Below are positions 1 to 8,681 of a stretch of 64,000 nucleotides of DNA, one piece after another (the first letter of the stretch is position 1; every line of letters begins with the position of its first letter). The DNA is taken from contig JACKFO010000002.1 in NCBI GenBank assembly GCA_020632415.1, forward strand, positions 642,732-706,731, in the 5' to 3' direction. The position numbers and the translations under genes are program-made. The DNA comes from Candidatus Nomurabacteria bacterium. Its GTDB lineage: Bacteria > Patescibacteriota > Patescibacteriia > UBA1558 > GWA2-36-10. The notes under the pieces were generated by a model that saw only the letters and a program-made list of their open reading frames with translations, was not told the DNA's origin and made no database searches.

Positions 1-1
1 T

Positions 2-511
2 GGCAAAGGAAAAACCACCGCTGGTTTAGGCTTGTTAGTACGCGCCTTAGGGGCTGGACTTAAAGTTGGTCTGATTTTTTTTGATAAAGGCGGAGATTTT
101 TACAGTGAACGAAAAATTTTAGAAGAATTACAAAAGCTCCATCCAGAAAATTTACAATTTTTGGGTTTTGGCACCCAAAGAATGGTAGAGGGAAAAGGTT
201 TTCGTTTTGAAAATAACCCAGAAGATTTTGAAGAAGCTAAAAAAGCCTTAACACAAGCCTTGGCTTGGTTCAAAGAAAATTTTGATCTCCTGATTTTAGA
301 CGAAATTAACACGACGGTGAAAACTGGTTTATTAAAACTAGAAGATTTAAAAAAAATAATTACTGAAAAACCAGAAAATACCGAATTAATTTTGACTGGT
401 CGTTATTGTCCGGCAGAAATTATCGACCTAGCTGACTTGGTAACCAATATGAATGAAATCAAACACTATGTTTATCAGGGCGTCAAAGTCCGCCAAGGAA
501 TTGATTATTAA
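2..511 (+). CDS. cobO: cob(I)alamin/cob(I)yrinic acid a,c-diamide adenosyltransferase, CobO/BtuR type (5' end outside window)
   Basis: Reading frame from nt 2 gives GKGKTTAGLGLLVRALGAGLKVGLIFFDKGG, the CobO/BtuR P-loop; the ORF continues to the stop at 511. Confidence 0.65.
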   Translation, partial: GKGKTTAGLGLLVRALGAGLKVGLIFFDKGGDFYSERKILEELQKLHPENLQFLGFGTQRMVEGKGFRFENNPEDFEEAKKALTQALAWFKENFDLLILDEINTTVKTGLLKLEDLKKIITEKPENTELILTGRYCPAEIIDLADLVTNMNEIKHYVYQGVKVRQGIDY

Positions 512-535
512 ATTTATAATAAATGTATTAAACAT

Positions 536-964
536 ATGAAAAAAAAGATTATCTCCTTTAGTTTGCTCATTTTTATAATTTTACTGATTGCCCTTTTTTG
601 GCAACTAAAATCCCCAGCAATTGCACCAACAGAAAATATTCAACAAAAGCAAAGTCAAAATCTAGAAATTAATTTCCAGTTTGACAAAGGAGATATAATT
701 TCGCTACAATACCCCTACCAAAATTCTGAGAGTTTATTGGACATTACTCAAAAAATTGCCCAAGAAGAATCTTGGGATTTTCAGAGTCAAACTTACGCAG
801 AAATGGGCACATTGATTACTCAAATTAGAGACAAGGTTAATGGTGATGCTGGTAAATACTGGCAATATCAAGTTAATCAAAAAACACCTCTAGTCTCTGT
901 TGATCAATTTTTTCCAAAAAATGAAGACCTGATCGAATGGAAATTTGAAGCCTCTGCCCTATAA
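536..964 (+). CDS. membrane-anchored secreted protein with DUF4430-like C-terminus (putative cobalamin-binding)
   Basis: N-terminal hydrophobic anchor; C-terminal KYWQYQVNQ...VSVDQF...NEDLIEWKF resembles the DUF4430 W-Y-VNG...DGD-I-W-Y signature; lies directly after cobO. Confidence 0.4.
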   Translation: MKKKIISFSLLIFIILLIALFWQLKSPAIAPTENIQQKQSQNLEINFQFDKGDIISLQYPYQNSESLLDITQKIAQEESWDFQSQTYAEMGTLITQIRDKVNGDAGKYWQYQVNQKTPLVSVDQFFPKNEDLIEWKFEASAL

Positions 965-1019
965 AAAATAAGCTTTCAAAAAAATTTAACTAATTTATTT
1001 TAAAATAATTTCTAAACTG

Positions 1020-1547
1020 ATGCCTGAAAAAAATAATTTACTCTTAATCATGATGATTGCTATAGTGATTTTGTTGAGTCGCTTATTCCCCCATGCTCCA
1101 AATTTTTCTCCCTTAATCGCCGCTGTTTTATTTACCGCTGTTTATGCTGATAAAAAATTATTTTTTCTCCCCTTTATTGCTCTCTTTATCTCTGATCTTT
1201 TTATTGGTTTTTATACTTTGGGAGTGATGTTCAGCGTTTACGCTTCTCTAGGCCTTACTTTCTTAATCGGTGCTCTACTAAAAAAACATAAAAATACTTT
1301 AAATATTTTAAGCGGTTCATTGTTTAGCGCTTTGTTGTTTTTTCTGTTCACTAACTTTGCTGTTTGGTATTTTGGCAATTGGTATGCCCACGATTTAAAC
1401 GGCTTAGCCTTAAGCTATTCTCTGGCTATTCCTTTTTTTAGAAGTACTGTGCTTAGCACTGTATTTTATTCAACCGTTCTCTTTGGAACTTATGAACTTG
1501 TTTCTCTGATCATTAGCAAAAAGAAATTGACTTTAGAAAAAAATTAA
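1020..1547 (+). CDS. polytopic membrane protein, possible ECF-type vitamin transporter S component
   Basis: 175 aa, about 5-6 hydrophobic segments; position after CobO and the DUF4430 protein suggests a B12-uptake role (inference only). Confidence 0.3.
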   Translation: MPEKNNLLLIMMIAIVILLSRLFPHAPNFSPLIAAVLFTAVYADKKLFFLPFIALFISDLFIGFYTLGVMFSVYASLGLTFLIGALLKKHKNTLNILSGSLFSALLFFLFTNFAVWYFGNWYAHDLNGLALSYSLAIPFFRSTVLSTVFYSTVLFGTYELVSLIISKKKLTLEKN

Positions 1548-1658
1548 AAAGCAAAAAATCTTGATAAATTTTAACTACTCGTCTTTGGCGAGTAGTTTTA
1601 TTTATGGTATAATAAAAATGAATTTAAGACTCACATATCCAAAAATAAAAATAATTTC

Positions 1659-2693
1659 ATGAACTTAAACGACTTATTTAAAATTGCCTCACAATCAAAA
1701 GCTTCTGACTTACATTTGATTGTTGGTAAACCACCGATCTTAAGAATTGACGGTGAACTAAGAGCAATTCCAAATACCGAAGTACTAAGTAAAGCTAATG
1801 CTGAAAAAATGATCTTTAGCATTATCACTGAAAAACAACGCGATCAGTTTATTGCCGAAAGAGAGCTGGATATTTCTTATGAAATTACCGGTTACTCTCG
1901 TTATCGAGTTAATTTGCACTGGGAAAAAGATAATGTCGGCATGGTTGCTCGAGTTATTTCACAAATTATTCCTTCGATGGAAGACTTGGGCTTGCCACCA
2001 ATTGTCCATCGTTTAATCGAGCGTGAACAAGGCTTGATTTTGATCACTGGTCCAACTGGTTGTGGCAAATCCACTACTCTAGCAGCAATGATTGAAAAAA
2101 TAAACAACATTCGTTTTGCTAACATTATTACCTTAGAGGATCCGATTGAATACATCTTCAAACCAGATAAAAGTATTATCAAACAAAGACAATTAGGCAC
2201 CGACATGCTTACTTTTGGCAATGCCTTGAAACATGTCTTAAGACAAGACCCAAATGTAATCATGGTTGGTGAGATGCGCGACTTAGAAACTATCGCTGCC
2301 ACGATTACGCTTGCTGAAACTGGTCATTTAGTTCTCGCTACCTTACACACACATAATGCTGCTCAAACCATCGATCGTATCATCGACGTTTTTCCTCCAC
2401 ACCAACAAGCACAGGTCAGATTACAACTTTCAATGTCTTTAAGCGGTGTTATTTCTCAAAAACTTTTACCAAAAATTGGCGGTGGCCGAGTAGCTGCTCG
2501 TGAAATTTTGATCAATACTCCAGCGGTAGCAAATATTGTTCGTGAAAATAAAGTGCCTCAAATTAAAACTGTAATCCAAACCTCTGCCGACGTTGGCATG
2601 TTTTCAATGGATCAAAACATTCGCGAGCTTTTAGAAAATAAACTAATCGATGAGCCAACCGCTATGGCTCATACCACAACAAGCCAAAAATAA
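1659..2693 (+). CDS. pilT: type IV pilus retraction ATPase PilT
   Basis: 344 aa with Walker A GPTGCGKST; typical PilT/PilU length and motifs (PilT N-terminal region, Asp box, His box region). Confidence 0.8.
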   Translation: MNLNDLFKIASQSKASDLHLIVGKPPILRIDGELRAIPNTEVLSKANAEKMIFSIITEKQRDQFIAERELDISYEITGYSRYRVNLHWEKDNVGMVARVISQIIPSMEDLGLPPIVHRLIEREQGLILITGPTGCGKSTTLAAMIEKINNIRFANIITLEDPIEYIFKPDKSIIKQRQLGTDMLTFGNALKHVLRQDPNVIMVGEMRDLETIAATITLAETGHLVLATLHTHNAAQTIDRIIDVFPPHQQAQVRLQLSMSLSGVISQKLLPKIGGGRVAAREILINTPAVANIVRENKVPQIKTVIQTSADVGMFSMDQNIRELLENKLIDEPTAMAHTTTSQK

Positions 2694-2712
2694 AAAATAA
2701 TTTCTTTACAGA

Positions 2713-3669
2713 ATGAATGGTTTTAAATTAGAGCAAATTACGCTTTTTCAAAATTTGAGCAAAAGTGAACTTAAAATTGTCTCTAATTTTTTATTAGAAA
2801 AAAACTATCAAGCTGAAGATAAAATTTTCAAAAAAGATTCTATCCGTGACAAAGTGATCATTATTAAAGATGGCTTAGTGAAATTGCAAACTGAAATTGC
2901 TGACCATCAAGAAATCATCGCCCTCTTCAAAGATGGAGACTTTTTGGGAGAAATGGCTTTTTTAGAAAAAGGCAGTCACCACCAGCATTCTTTAGAAGTT
3001 GCTAGTCCTCGCTTGAGTACTTTGGAATTTTCAGTTTATCACTGGTACAAAATCTTAAAAGAACACCCAGAAATTTCTAGAAAAATTTATCAAAATATTG
3101 CGATTAGTTTAAAAAATCGTTTGGACCATGCAAACAATAAACTAGTCACTCTTTTTGCTTCTGGCCAAATCATTGCCAAGTATGACAACATCGAAGATAT
3201 TAGTCGTCACTTGATCGAAATCATCCAAAAAGTTATTCCTTGTCAAAAAACATTATTTATTACCAGTAGCCAAGGAAATGAAAGGTTCGTTGTCCGACAT
3301 CTAAGTGGCTACAAAAATATCAAGCTGGGAGAAATTTTTAATGCCAACCAAGATCCTCTCTTAGAAGAAATAATGACTAAGGCTGAAACAAAAATATTTC
3401 AAAAAAATACTTGGCCAAAGAATTTTATCAATCTCAAATATGTTAGCAATTCTTTGATTGTCGCTCCAATAAAAATCGCTCGCAAAATAACTGGCTTTAT
3501 TATTTTGGCCGACAAGCTAAATGGTCGAGCATTTAGCATGAACAATCAAATTCTTTTAGAAGCTATTGCTACTCAAATCGCTCCGATTATCGAAGAAGAA
3601 AGATTGTTAAATTTTCAAAACTCTAGCGATGACTTAAAAAGAGTCTATATCGACCCTTTTTCTTCTTAG
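2713..3669 (+). CDS. cyclic-nucleotide-binding (CAP-like) plus GAF-like domain protein, putative regulator
   Basis: N-terminal region with FGEMAFL-type cNMP-binding motif; C-terminal half resembles a GAF domain; immediately downstream of pilT. Confidence 0.4.
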   Translation: MNGFKLEQITLFQNLSKSELKIVSNFLLEKNYQAEDKIFKKDSIRDKVIIIKDGLVKLQTEIADHQEIIALFKDGDFLGEMAFLEKGSHHQHSLEVASPRLSTLEFSVYHWYKILKEHPEISRKIYQNIAISLKNRLDHANNKLVTLFASGQIIAKYDNIEDISRHLIEIIQKVIPCQKTLFITSSQGNERFVVRHLSGYKNIKLGEIFNANQDPLLEEIMTKAETKIFQKNTWPKNFINLKYVSNSLIVAPIKIARKITGFIILADKLNGRAFSMNNQILLEAIATQIAPIIEEERLLNFQNSSDDLKRVYIDPFSS

Positions 3670-3707
3670 TTGATTTCTAGAGACTTTTGTGTTAACTTAT
3701 CTTCTGT

Positions 3708-3782
3708 GCCCTTGTGGTGAAATGGATATCACGCTTGGCTTCGGACCAAGAATTGTGGGTTCGATCCCTGCCGAGGGCACCA
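3708..3782 (+). tRNA. tRNA-Arg (anticodon TCG)
   Basis: Cloverleaf folds by eye: acceptor gcccttg/cgagggc, anticodon stem cttgg/ccaag with loop cttcgga, T-loop ttcgatc, 3' CCA. Confidence 0.75.
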
Positions 3783-3902
3783 GACAGCTTATCGTCAAGC
3801 TGTTTTATTGTCCTTTATTTTATTCCCATTTTCTGCTAAATTAAGGCTATACTTATTCAATTACCAGCAAGACGATACATAAAACATTAACTTTCTAAAA
3901 GG

Positions 3903-4820
3903 ATGAAACTACAATACAAAAAAGAAGAGAAGATCAGACTTGATAAATTCTTAAGCGACAACTTACCAGATCTCACCCGAAGTCAAATTAAAAAACAAAT
4001 TTTAGCTGGTCTTGTTTTGGTTAATGAAAAAAGCTCATCGGTTCATAATTGGCTCAGGAAGGACGATTTGATAGAAATCGTTGAAAAAAACCCAAGCAAT
4101 GTAAAAAAAACAATTCCGAAAAAACTACGTCCAAAAGTACTTGAACAAAACTCCGAATATTTGATTTTAGAAAAACCAGCTGGACTTTTGGTTCATCCAA
4201 CTGAAAAGCTAGAGACTGACACTTTGACTGACTGGCTAAGAGATAATTTTCCAAAGATAAAAAAAGTCGGAGATGACCCAATGCGTCCTGGCATTGTCCA
4301 TCGCTTAGACAAGGATGTTTCTGGCTTAATGGTCATCGCTCTAAATAACGACTCTTTTGATTCTTTAAAAAAACAATTTCAAGAACGAACTGTTAAAAAA
4401 GAATACCTGGCTTTAGTTCATGGCGCAATGAAAGAAGAAGAGGGAGAGATTAATACTCGCCTCGAAAGAGATAAGGAAACGGGCTTGATGAAAGCACAGA
4501 GAACTTTGAAATCTGGAAAAACAGCGATCACAATTTATCGTCTAGAACAAAATTATATTAACTACAGTTTAATTAAGGTCCATATCAAGACTGGACGTAC
4601 TCACCAAATTCGTGCCCATTTATATAGCATTGGGCACTCTATTGTCGGAGACAAACTTTATCAAACCAAAGACATTCGTAAAAAGAAAAAAGGTGTTTCT
4701 GAGGTCAGAATCTTCTTGCATGCTTATTATTTATCTTTTCAAGATTTAAACAAAGCTTGGCAAGAATTCAAATCTCCTCTACCAAAAGAATTAAGAGACT
4801 TTTTAAAAACCATAAAATAA
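3903..4820 (+). CDS. rluD: RluA-family 23S rRNA pseudouridine synthase (RluD-like) with N-terminal S4 domain
   Basis: HRLDKDVSGLMV catalytic motif; 305 aa. Confidence 0.8.
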   Translation: MKLQYKKEEKIRLDKFLSDNLPDLTRSQIKKQILAGLVLVNEKSSSVHNWLRKDDLIEIVEKNPSNVKKTIPKKLRPKVLEQNSEYLILEKPAGLLVHPTEKLETDTLTDWLRDNFPKIKKVGDDPMRPGIVHRLDKDVSGLMVIALNNDSFDSLKKQFQERTVKKEYLALVHGAMKEEEGEINTRLERDKETGLMKAQRTLKSGKTAITIYRLEQNYINYSLIKVHIKTGRTHQIRAHLYSIGHSIVGDKLYQTKDIRKKKKGVSEVRIFLHAYYLSFQDLNKAWQEFKSPLPKELRDFLKTIK

Positions 4821-4825
4821 TTTAT

Positions 4826-5407
4826 ATGGTAAAAAATTTATTAATTACAATTTCTGGCACACCAGGAAGCGGCAAAAGCACAATTGCAGAAATTTTGAGT
4901 AAAAAATTAAAAGCAAAGAGAATCTATGTCGGTGGAATCAGAAGAGATTTAGCTCGAAAAAAAGGAATGACTCTTGAACAATTAAATGAATACGCATTAA
5001 TTCACCCTGAAACTGATGTCGAAGTTGATGAAACAGCTGCCAAAGAAGCTCGCCAACTTAATAAAGAAACAAATGTTATTGTCGAAGGAAGAACTCAATT
5101 TCATTTTTTGCCGGAATCAATAAAAATCTACATTAAAGTTGATCTAGCAGAAGGCGCAAAAAGAATTTGGCAACAAATCCAAAATAGCCAAGAGCAAGCC
5201 CAAAGAAACGAAGGTCTTCCAGATTCAATTGAAGGAGTAATAGAAAAGCTCCAAGAACGCCAGAAAAGCGACAAAAAACGCTACAAAAAGTACTATAATT
5301 TAGACCATACCGACCTAAGTCAATATGATCTAGTAATCGACACAACGAAGATTAGCGCTGAAGATGGGGCCCAAGAAATCATTGATTTTCTTGAAAATAA
5401 AGCCTAA
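4826..5407 (+). CDS. cmk: cytidylate kinase, archaeal-type
   Basis: ISGTPGSGKST P-loop and GMTLEQLNEYALIHPETDVEVD closely resemble archaeal CMP kinases; start taken at internal MVKNLL (M24 of the track ORF 4757..5407). Confidence 0.55.
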   Translation: MVKNLLITISGTPGSGKSTIAEILSKKLKAKRIYVGGIRRDLARKKGMTLEQLNEYALIHPETDVEVDETAAKEARQLNKETNVIVEGRTQFHFLPESIKIYIKVDLAEGAKRIWQQIQNSQEQAQRNEGLPDSIEGVIEKLQERQKSDKKRYKKYYNLDHTDLSQYDLVIDTTKISAEDGAQEIIDFLENKA

Positions 5408-5457
5408 ACTAATCTTTTCTAAGGTTAGCCAGCTTAGATAATAACCACCAAACGGGG

Positions 5458-5486
5458 TTGACAAAAAATCAATTTTAGTCTAAAAT
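5458..5486 (+). promoter_or_regulatory. sigma70-like promoter (TTGACA-17-TAAAAT) upstream of rplS
   Basis: ttgaca at 5458-5463, 17-nt spacer, taaaat at 5481-5486. Confidence 0.4.
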
Positions 5487-5531
5487 AGACGAGTATTATT
5501 TAATCGTTTTATCCAATTTTAAAGGAAAAAT

Positions 5532-5882
5532 ATGTCCGAAGAGAAAATTCAGACCGAAAAAAAAGCAGAGATTGCTCCAGAAATCAAACCTGGAATGACT
5601 GTTAAGGTCCATGAAAAAATCAAAGAAAAGAACGCCAAGGGTGTTGAAAAAGAAAGAATTCAAGTCTTTGAAGGTTTAGTTATCGCCAGAAAACACGGTA
5701 AAGAAATCGGTTCTACAATCACTGTTCGTAAAGTATCAAATGGCATTGGTGTAGAAAAAATCTATCCTTTAAACTCTCCTTTGATTACTAACATTGAACC
5801 AGTTAAACAAGCAAAAGTTAGACGTGCTAAATTGGGTTTTGTTCGTACTGCTAAAAAGAAATTCAAAGAAACCAAAATCTAA
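5532..5882 (+). CDS. rplS: 50S ribosomal protein L19
   Basis: 116 aa; MTVKVHEKIKEKNAKG...VFEGLVIARKHG...TVRKVSNGIGVEKIYPLNSP is the L19 signature. Confidence 0.9.
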   Translation: MSEEKIQTEKKAEIAPEIKPGMTVKVHEKIKEKNAKGVEKERIQVFEGLVIARKHGKEIGSTITVRKVSNGIGVEKIYPLNSPLITNIEPVKQAKVRRAKLGFVRTAKKKFKETKI

Positions 5883-5923
5883 ATCATTTCTTGGCGTGTC
5901 TCTTTAAAATTTAAGTTTCACAT

Positions 5924-6012
5924 GCCGGAGTGGTGGAATTGGTAGACACGCCAGCTTGAGGGGCTGGTCCTTATTTTTGAGGGTGGAGGTTCAAATCCTC
6001 TCTTCGGCACCA
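5924..6012 (+). tRNA. tRNA-Leu (anticodon GAG), long variable arm
   Basis: acceptor gccggag/cttcggc, anticodon loop ttgaggg, long extra arm, T-loop ttcaaat, CCA. Confidence 0.75.
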
Positions 6013-6024
6013 ACTTATTATTTA

Positions 6025-6101
6025 GGGCCCATAGCTCAGTTGGCTAGAGCGCCTGCTTTGCACGCAGGAGGTCGCAGGTTCGATTCCTGTTGGGTCCACC
6101 A
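6025..6101 (+). tRNA. tRNA-Ala (anticodon TGC)
   Basis: G3:U70 Ala identity pair, anticodon loop tttgcac, T-loop ttcgatt, CCA. Confidence 0.85.
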
Positions 6102-6111
6102 CTATTTTTAA

Positions 6112-6188
6112 GGGCGCTTAGCTCAGTTGGCTAGAGCATCTCGTTTACACCGAGAGGGTCAGGGGTTCGAGTCCCTTAGCGCCCACCA
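6112..6188 (+). tRNA. tRNA-Val (anticodon TAC)
   Basis: acceptor gggcgct/agcgccc, anticodon loop tttacac, T-loop ttcgagt, CCA. Confidence 0.85.
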
Positions 6189-6303
6189 TAGAATAATCTT
6201 GTGTATAAGATTATTTTTTGTTTATTAAAAAATAAAATTATGCTTGAAAAGATAAGTAATCCATTATATAATAAGCTCGTCTTTAAATTACTCTCAAATA
6301 TTA

Positions 6304-7866
6304 TTGATGTCTAAAAAAGGATTCACCTTAATGGAATTAATTATTGTAATTGCCCTAATAGCTTTGCTTGCGGCAATTACTTTTGTCGCCATTGATCCAG
6401 CAAGAAGAATTGGCGAATCTAGAAATAGCCGAAGGTATAGCGAAGCTCTAAACATTAAAAAAGCTCTGGAGAAATATACTGTAGATAATATCACTCTGCC
6501 AAGCACCATTACCGCCTTAACAGACAACACTAACTATATGATTGCCGCAGTAGGTGACTCTGCCGGAGGCACCGTTACTTGCACAGCGCTAGGAGCTGAG
6601 ATTACTAAAGTAGATATTGCCGACGGAGTTGACCTTGTTCCTACTTATCTACCGACTATGCCAGTAGACCCAACCGAGTCTGCCCCATATACCAACGGCA
6701 CTGGTTATTACTTTAGTAAGGTCGGTTCTATTATTGTCGATATAAAACCTTGTACTGTTTATACAGTAGCGGTAGCTGAAAGTACACCGACCACAATCAC
6801 CGGTCTCTCCTTTGATGGTTCAGCAGTTGTTGTCGATGCCGGAGCTACTACATATAACCAAGTAACTGTTTTAGATAGCACTAATTTTGTTAGCGCATAT
6901 AATGATACAACGACTGGTGGTGGTAGAGCAGCTGTTGGTGTAGTCACTGGTAGCAGTATTGCTTTTGGTTCAGATTATCAATACAATGCTGGGGCAACTT
7001 TAGAAAATAGTTTAACTGCTTTGAGTAGTACTAAATTTGTTGTAGCTTACAGAGACAATGCTAATGGTAACTATGGTCAAGCAGTTGTTGGCACCGTCAG
7101 TGGCACTACTATCTCTTATGGTTCTGAGTATCCATTTAATGGCACCAATGTTTCTTATCGTCCAGCAGTTACTGCTTTGAGTAGTACTAAATTTGTTGTG
7201 GTTTACCAAGATAATGCTAGCTCTGACCTAGTTACTAAAGTTGGTAGTGTCAGTGGTAATGCTATCTCTTATGGTTCTGGAACAACAGTGCACACAGGAG
7301 GACAAAATGATGTTAGATTAGCCACTTTGGACGACAGTCATTTTGTCATCATTTTTGAGGATAGCGCGGCTGGCAATAGCGTAGCTTATGTAGGAACAGT
7401 TACTGGCACTAGCATTGCTTTTGGTTCTGAGTACACCTACAATACTGGCCTTCTTAGAGAGCCAAATATTACAGCTCTAGATGCTAATACAATTTTAATT
7501 GTCTATGAAGATTCAGCTAACAGTAGCTATGGTACAGCTATCGTAGGAACGATTAGTGGAACTACTATTTCCTTTGGTTCTGAATATGTTTATGAAAGCG
7601 AGGCAACAAGGTACCATGCGACAAGTAAAATTGATGCCAGCAATGCTGTGATCAGCTACCGAAAGAGTACTTTGGATGGTTATAGTAGGATTGCTACAAT
7701 TGACGGTACTACTATTAGTTTCTTAGACTCTGTAAATTATACTGCTAACATAGTTGCCTACAATGGCGTTGGGGTTTTAGATAGCACAAGCTTTGTTAAT
7801 GGCTATGCAGACAATACCAATAGTAACAGAGCAACTGCAATTGTCGGAACGATTGCTTGGGAATAA
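6304..7866 (+). CDS. type IV pilin-like protein with prepilin leader and about 8 tandem ~50-aa repeats
   Basis: N-terminus MSKKGFTLMELIIVIALIALLAAI is a class III (prepilin peptidase) signal; body is repeats of the form TAL-S-T-FVV-Y-D-...-G-A-VGT-SG-TI-FGSEY-Y. Confidence 0.6.
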   Translation: MMSKKGFTLMELIIVIALIALLAAITFVAIDPARRIGESRNSRRYSEALNIKKALEKYTVDNITLPSTITALTDNTNYMIAAVGDSAGGTVTCTALGAEITKVDIADGVDLVPTYLPTMPVDPTESAPYTNGTGYYFSKVGSIIVDIKPCTVYTVAVAESTPTTITGLSFDGSAVVVDAGATTYNQVTVLDSTNFVSAYNDTTTGGGRAAVGVVTGSSIAFGSDYQYNAGATLENSLTALSSTKFVVAYRDNANGNYGQAVVGTVSGTTISYGSEYPFNGTNVSYRPAVTALSSTKFVVVYQDNASSDLVTKVGSVSGNAISYGSGTTVHTGGQNDVRLATLDDSHFVIIFEDSAAGNSVAYVGTVTGTSIAFGSEYTYNTGLLREPNITALDANTILIVYEDSANSSYGTAIVGTISGTTISFGSEYVYESEATRYHATSKIDASNAVISYRKSTLDGYSRIATIDGTTISFLDSVNYTANIVAYNGVGVLDSTSFVNGYADNTNSNRATAIVGTIAWE

Positions 7867-7883
7867 AAATAAAACTTAACTTA

Positions 7884-7920
7884 AAAAACAATTTTATTTT
7901 TTTAAAATTGTTTTTTATTT
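7884..7920 (+). terminator. AT-rich hairpin plus T-run after the pilin gene
   Basis: aaaaacaatttta...taaaattgttttt inverted repeat followed by tttttatttt. Confidence 0.3.
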
Positions 7921-8059
7921 TCTAAAAAATTTATAGATTAACCTAAAAAAATATTTTTTTCAAAAAATTTTACAAAAAAAACAAAAATACTATTCTCTTT
8001 TTAAAAAAATTATGTTATAATTTCTTTGTTATAAAAAAGTTTTTTTAAAAAAATAATTT

Positions 8060-8326
8060 ATGACTTTTGGAAAATTTATTTTAGGAATTTTAATTGCCGT
8101 CGGGGGTTTCTTTGTTACTTGGAAATCAGAATGGCTCTTAAGAAACTTCGGTCGAATTCCATTTGCTGAAAAATATTTAGGTGGTGAGGGCGGCACTCGT
8201 TTAATGTATAAATTAATTGGTATCTTATTTATCATTATCGGCCTGATGTACGCTACAGATTTAACAGACAATTTAATTGCTAAAATAGTCAATCTAGTCT
8301 TCAAAACTAACATTACAGTCGAATAA
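8060..8326 (+). CDS. small membrane protein (2 TM), hypothetical
   Basis: 88 aa with two hydrophobic segments; -10-like ttataat upstream. Confidence 0.4.
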   Translation: MTFGKFILGILIAVGGFFVTWKSEWLLRNFGRIPFAEKYLGGEGGTRLMYKLIGILFIIIGLMYATDLTDNLIAKIVNLVFKTNITVE

Positions 8327-8408
8327 ACCTTTGTCCTATTGCTCAAAGCAATGAGATAAGGCGAAAATAAAAATATTATCTTAAAAAAAGAAAGGGGGTG
8401 AAAATAAA

Positions 8409-8615
8409 ATGCCAGCAAAGAAAAAAGTTGCAAAAAAACCAGTTGCTAAGAAAAAAGTAACTAAAAAGAAAGTTGCAAAAAAACCAGTTGCTAAGAAAAA
8501 AGTAACTAAAAAGAAAGTTGCAAAAAAACCAGTTGCTAAGAAAAAAGTAACTAAAAAAAGAGTCGCCAAAAAAGCTGCTCCAAAAAAAAGAAAAGCTACT
8601 CGCAAAAAGAAATAG
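8409..8615 (+). CDS. lysine-rich histone H1-like/Hc-like DNA-binding protein built from (KKVAKKPVAKKKVTK)x3 repeats
   Basis: Strong RBS aaaggggg 8 nt before the ATG; three perfect 45-nt tandem DNA repeats encode KK(V/P)AKK units. Confidence 0.55.
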   Translation: MPAKKKVAKKPVAKKKVTKKKVAKKPVAKKKVTKKKVAKKPVAKKKVTKKRVAKKAAPKKRKATRKKK

Positions 8616-8681
8616 TTTTTCGAAAATAAAAAATTCCTTTAATAGTCTTTATGAAGGAATTTTTTATTTACTCTATAATTT

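Noticed and set aside
6759-7209. Minus-strand ORFs 6759..6947 and 7012..7209
   Set aside because: They are antisense shadows within the repeat region of the pilin gene.
8381-8605. 74-aa minus-strand ORF with FFLATGFFATFFLVT repeats, and the 45-bp repeats as a possible CRISPR array
   Set aside because: It is the antisense shadow of the Lys-rich gene. The repeats are contiguous (no spacers) and in frame, so this is not a CRISPR array.
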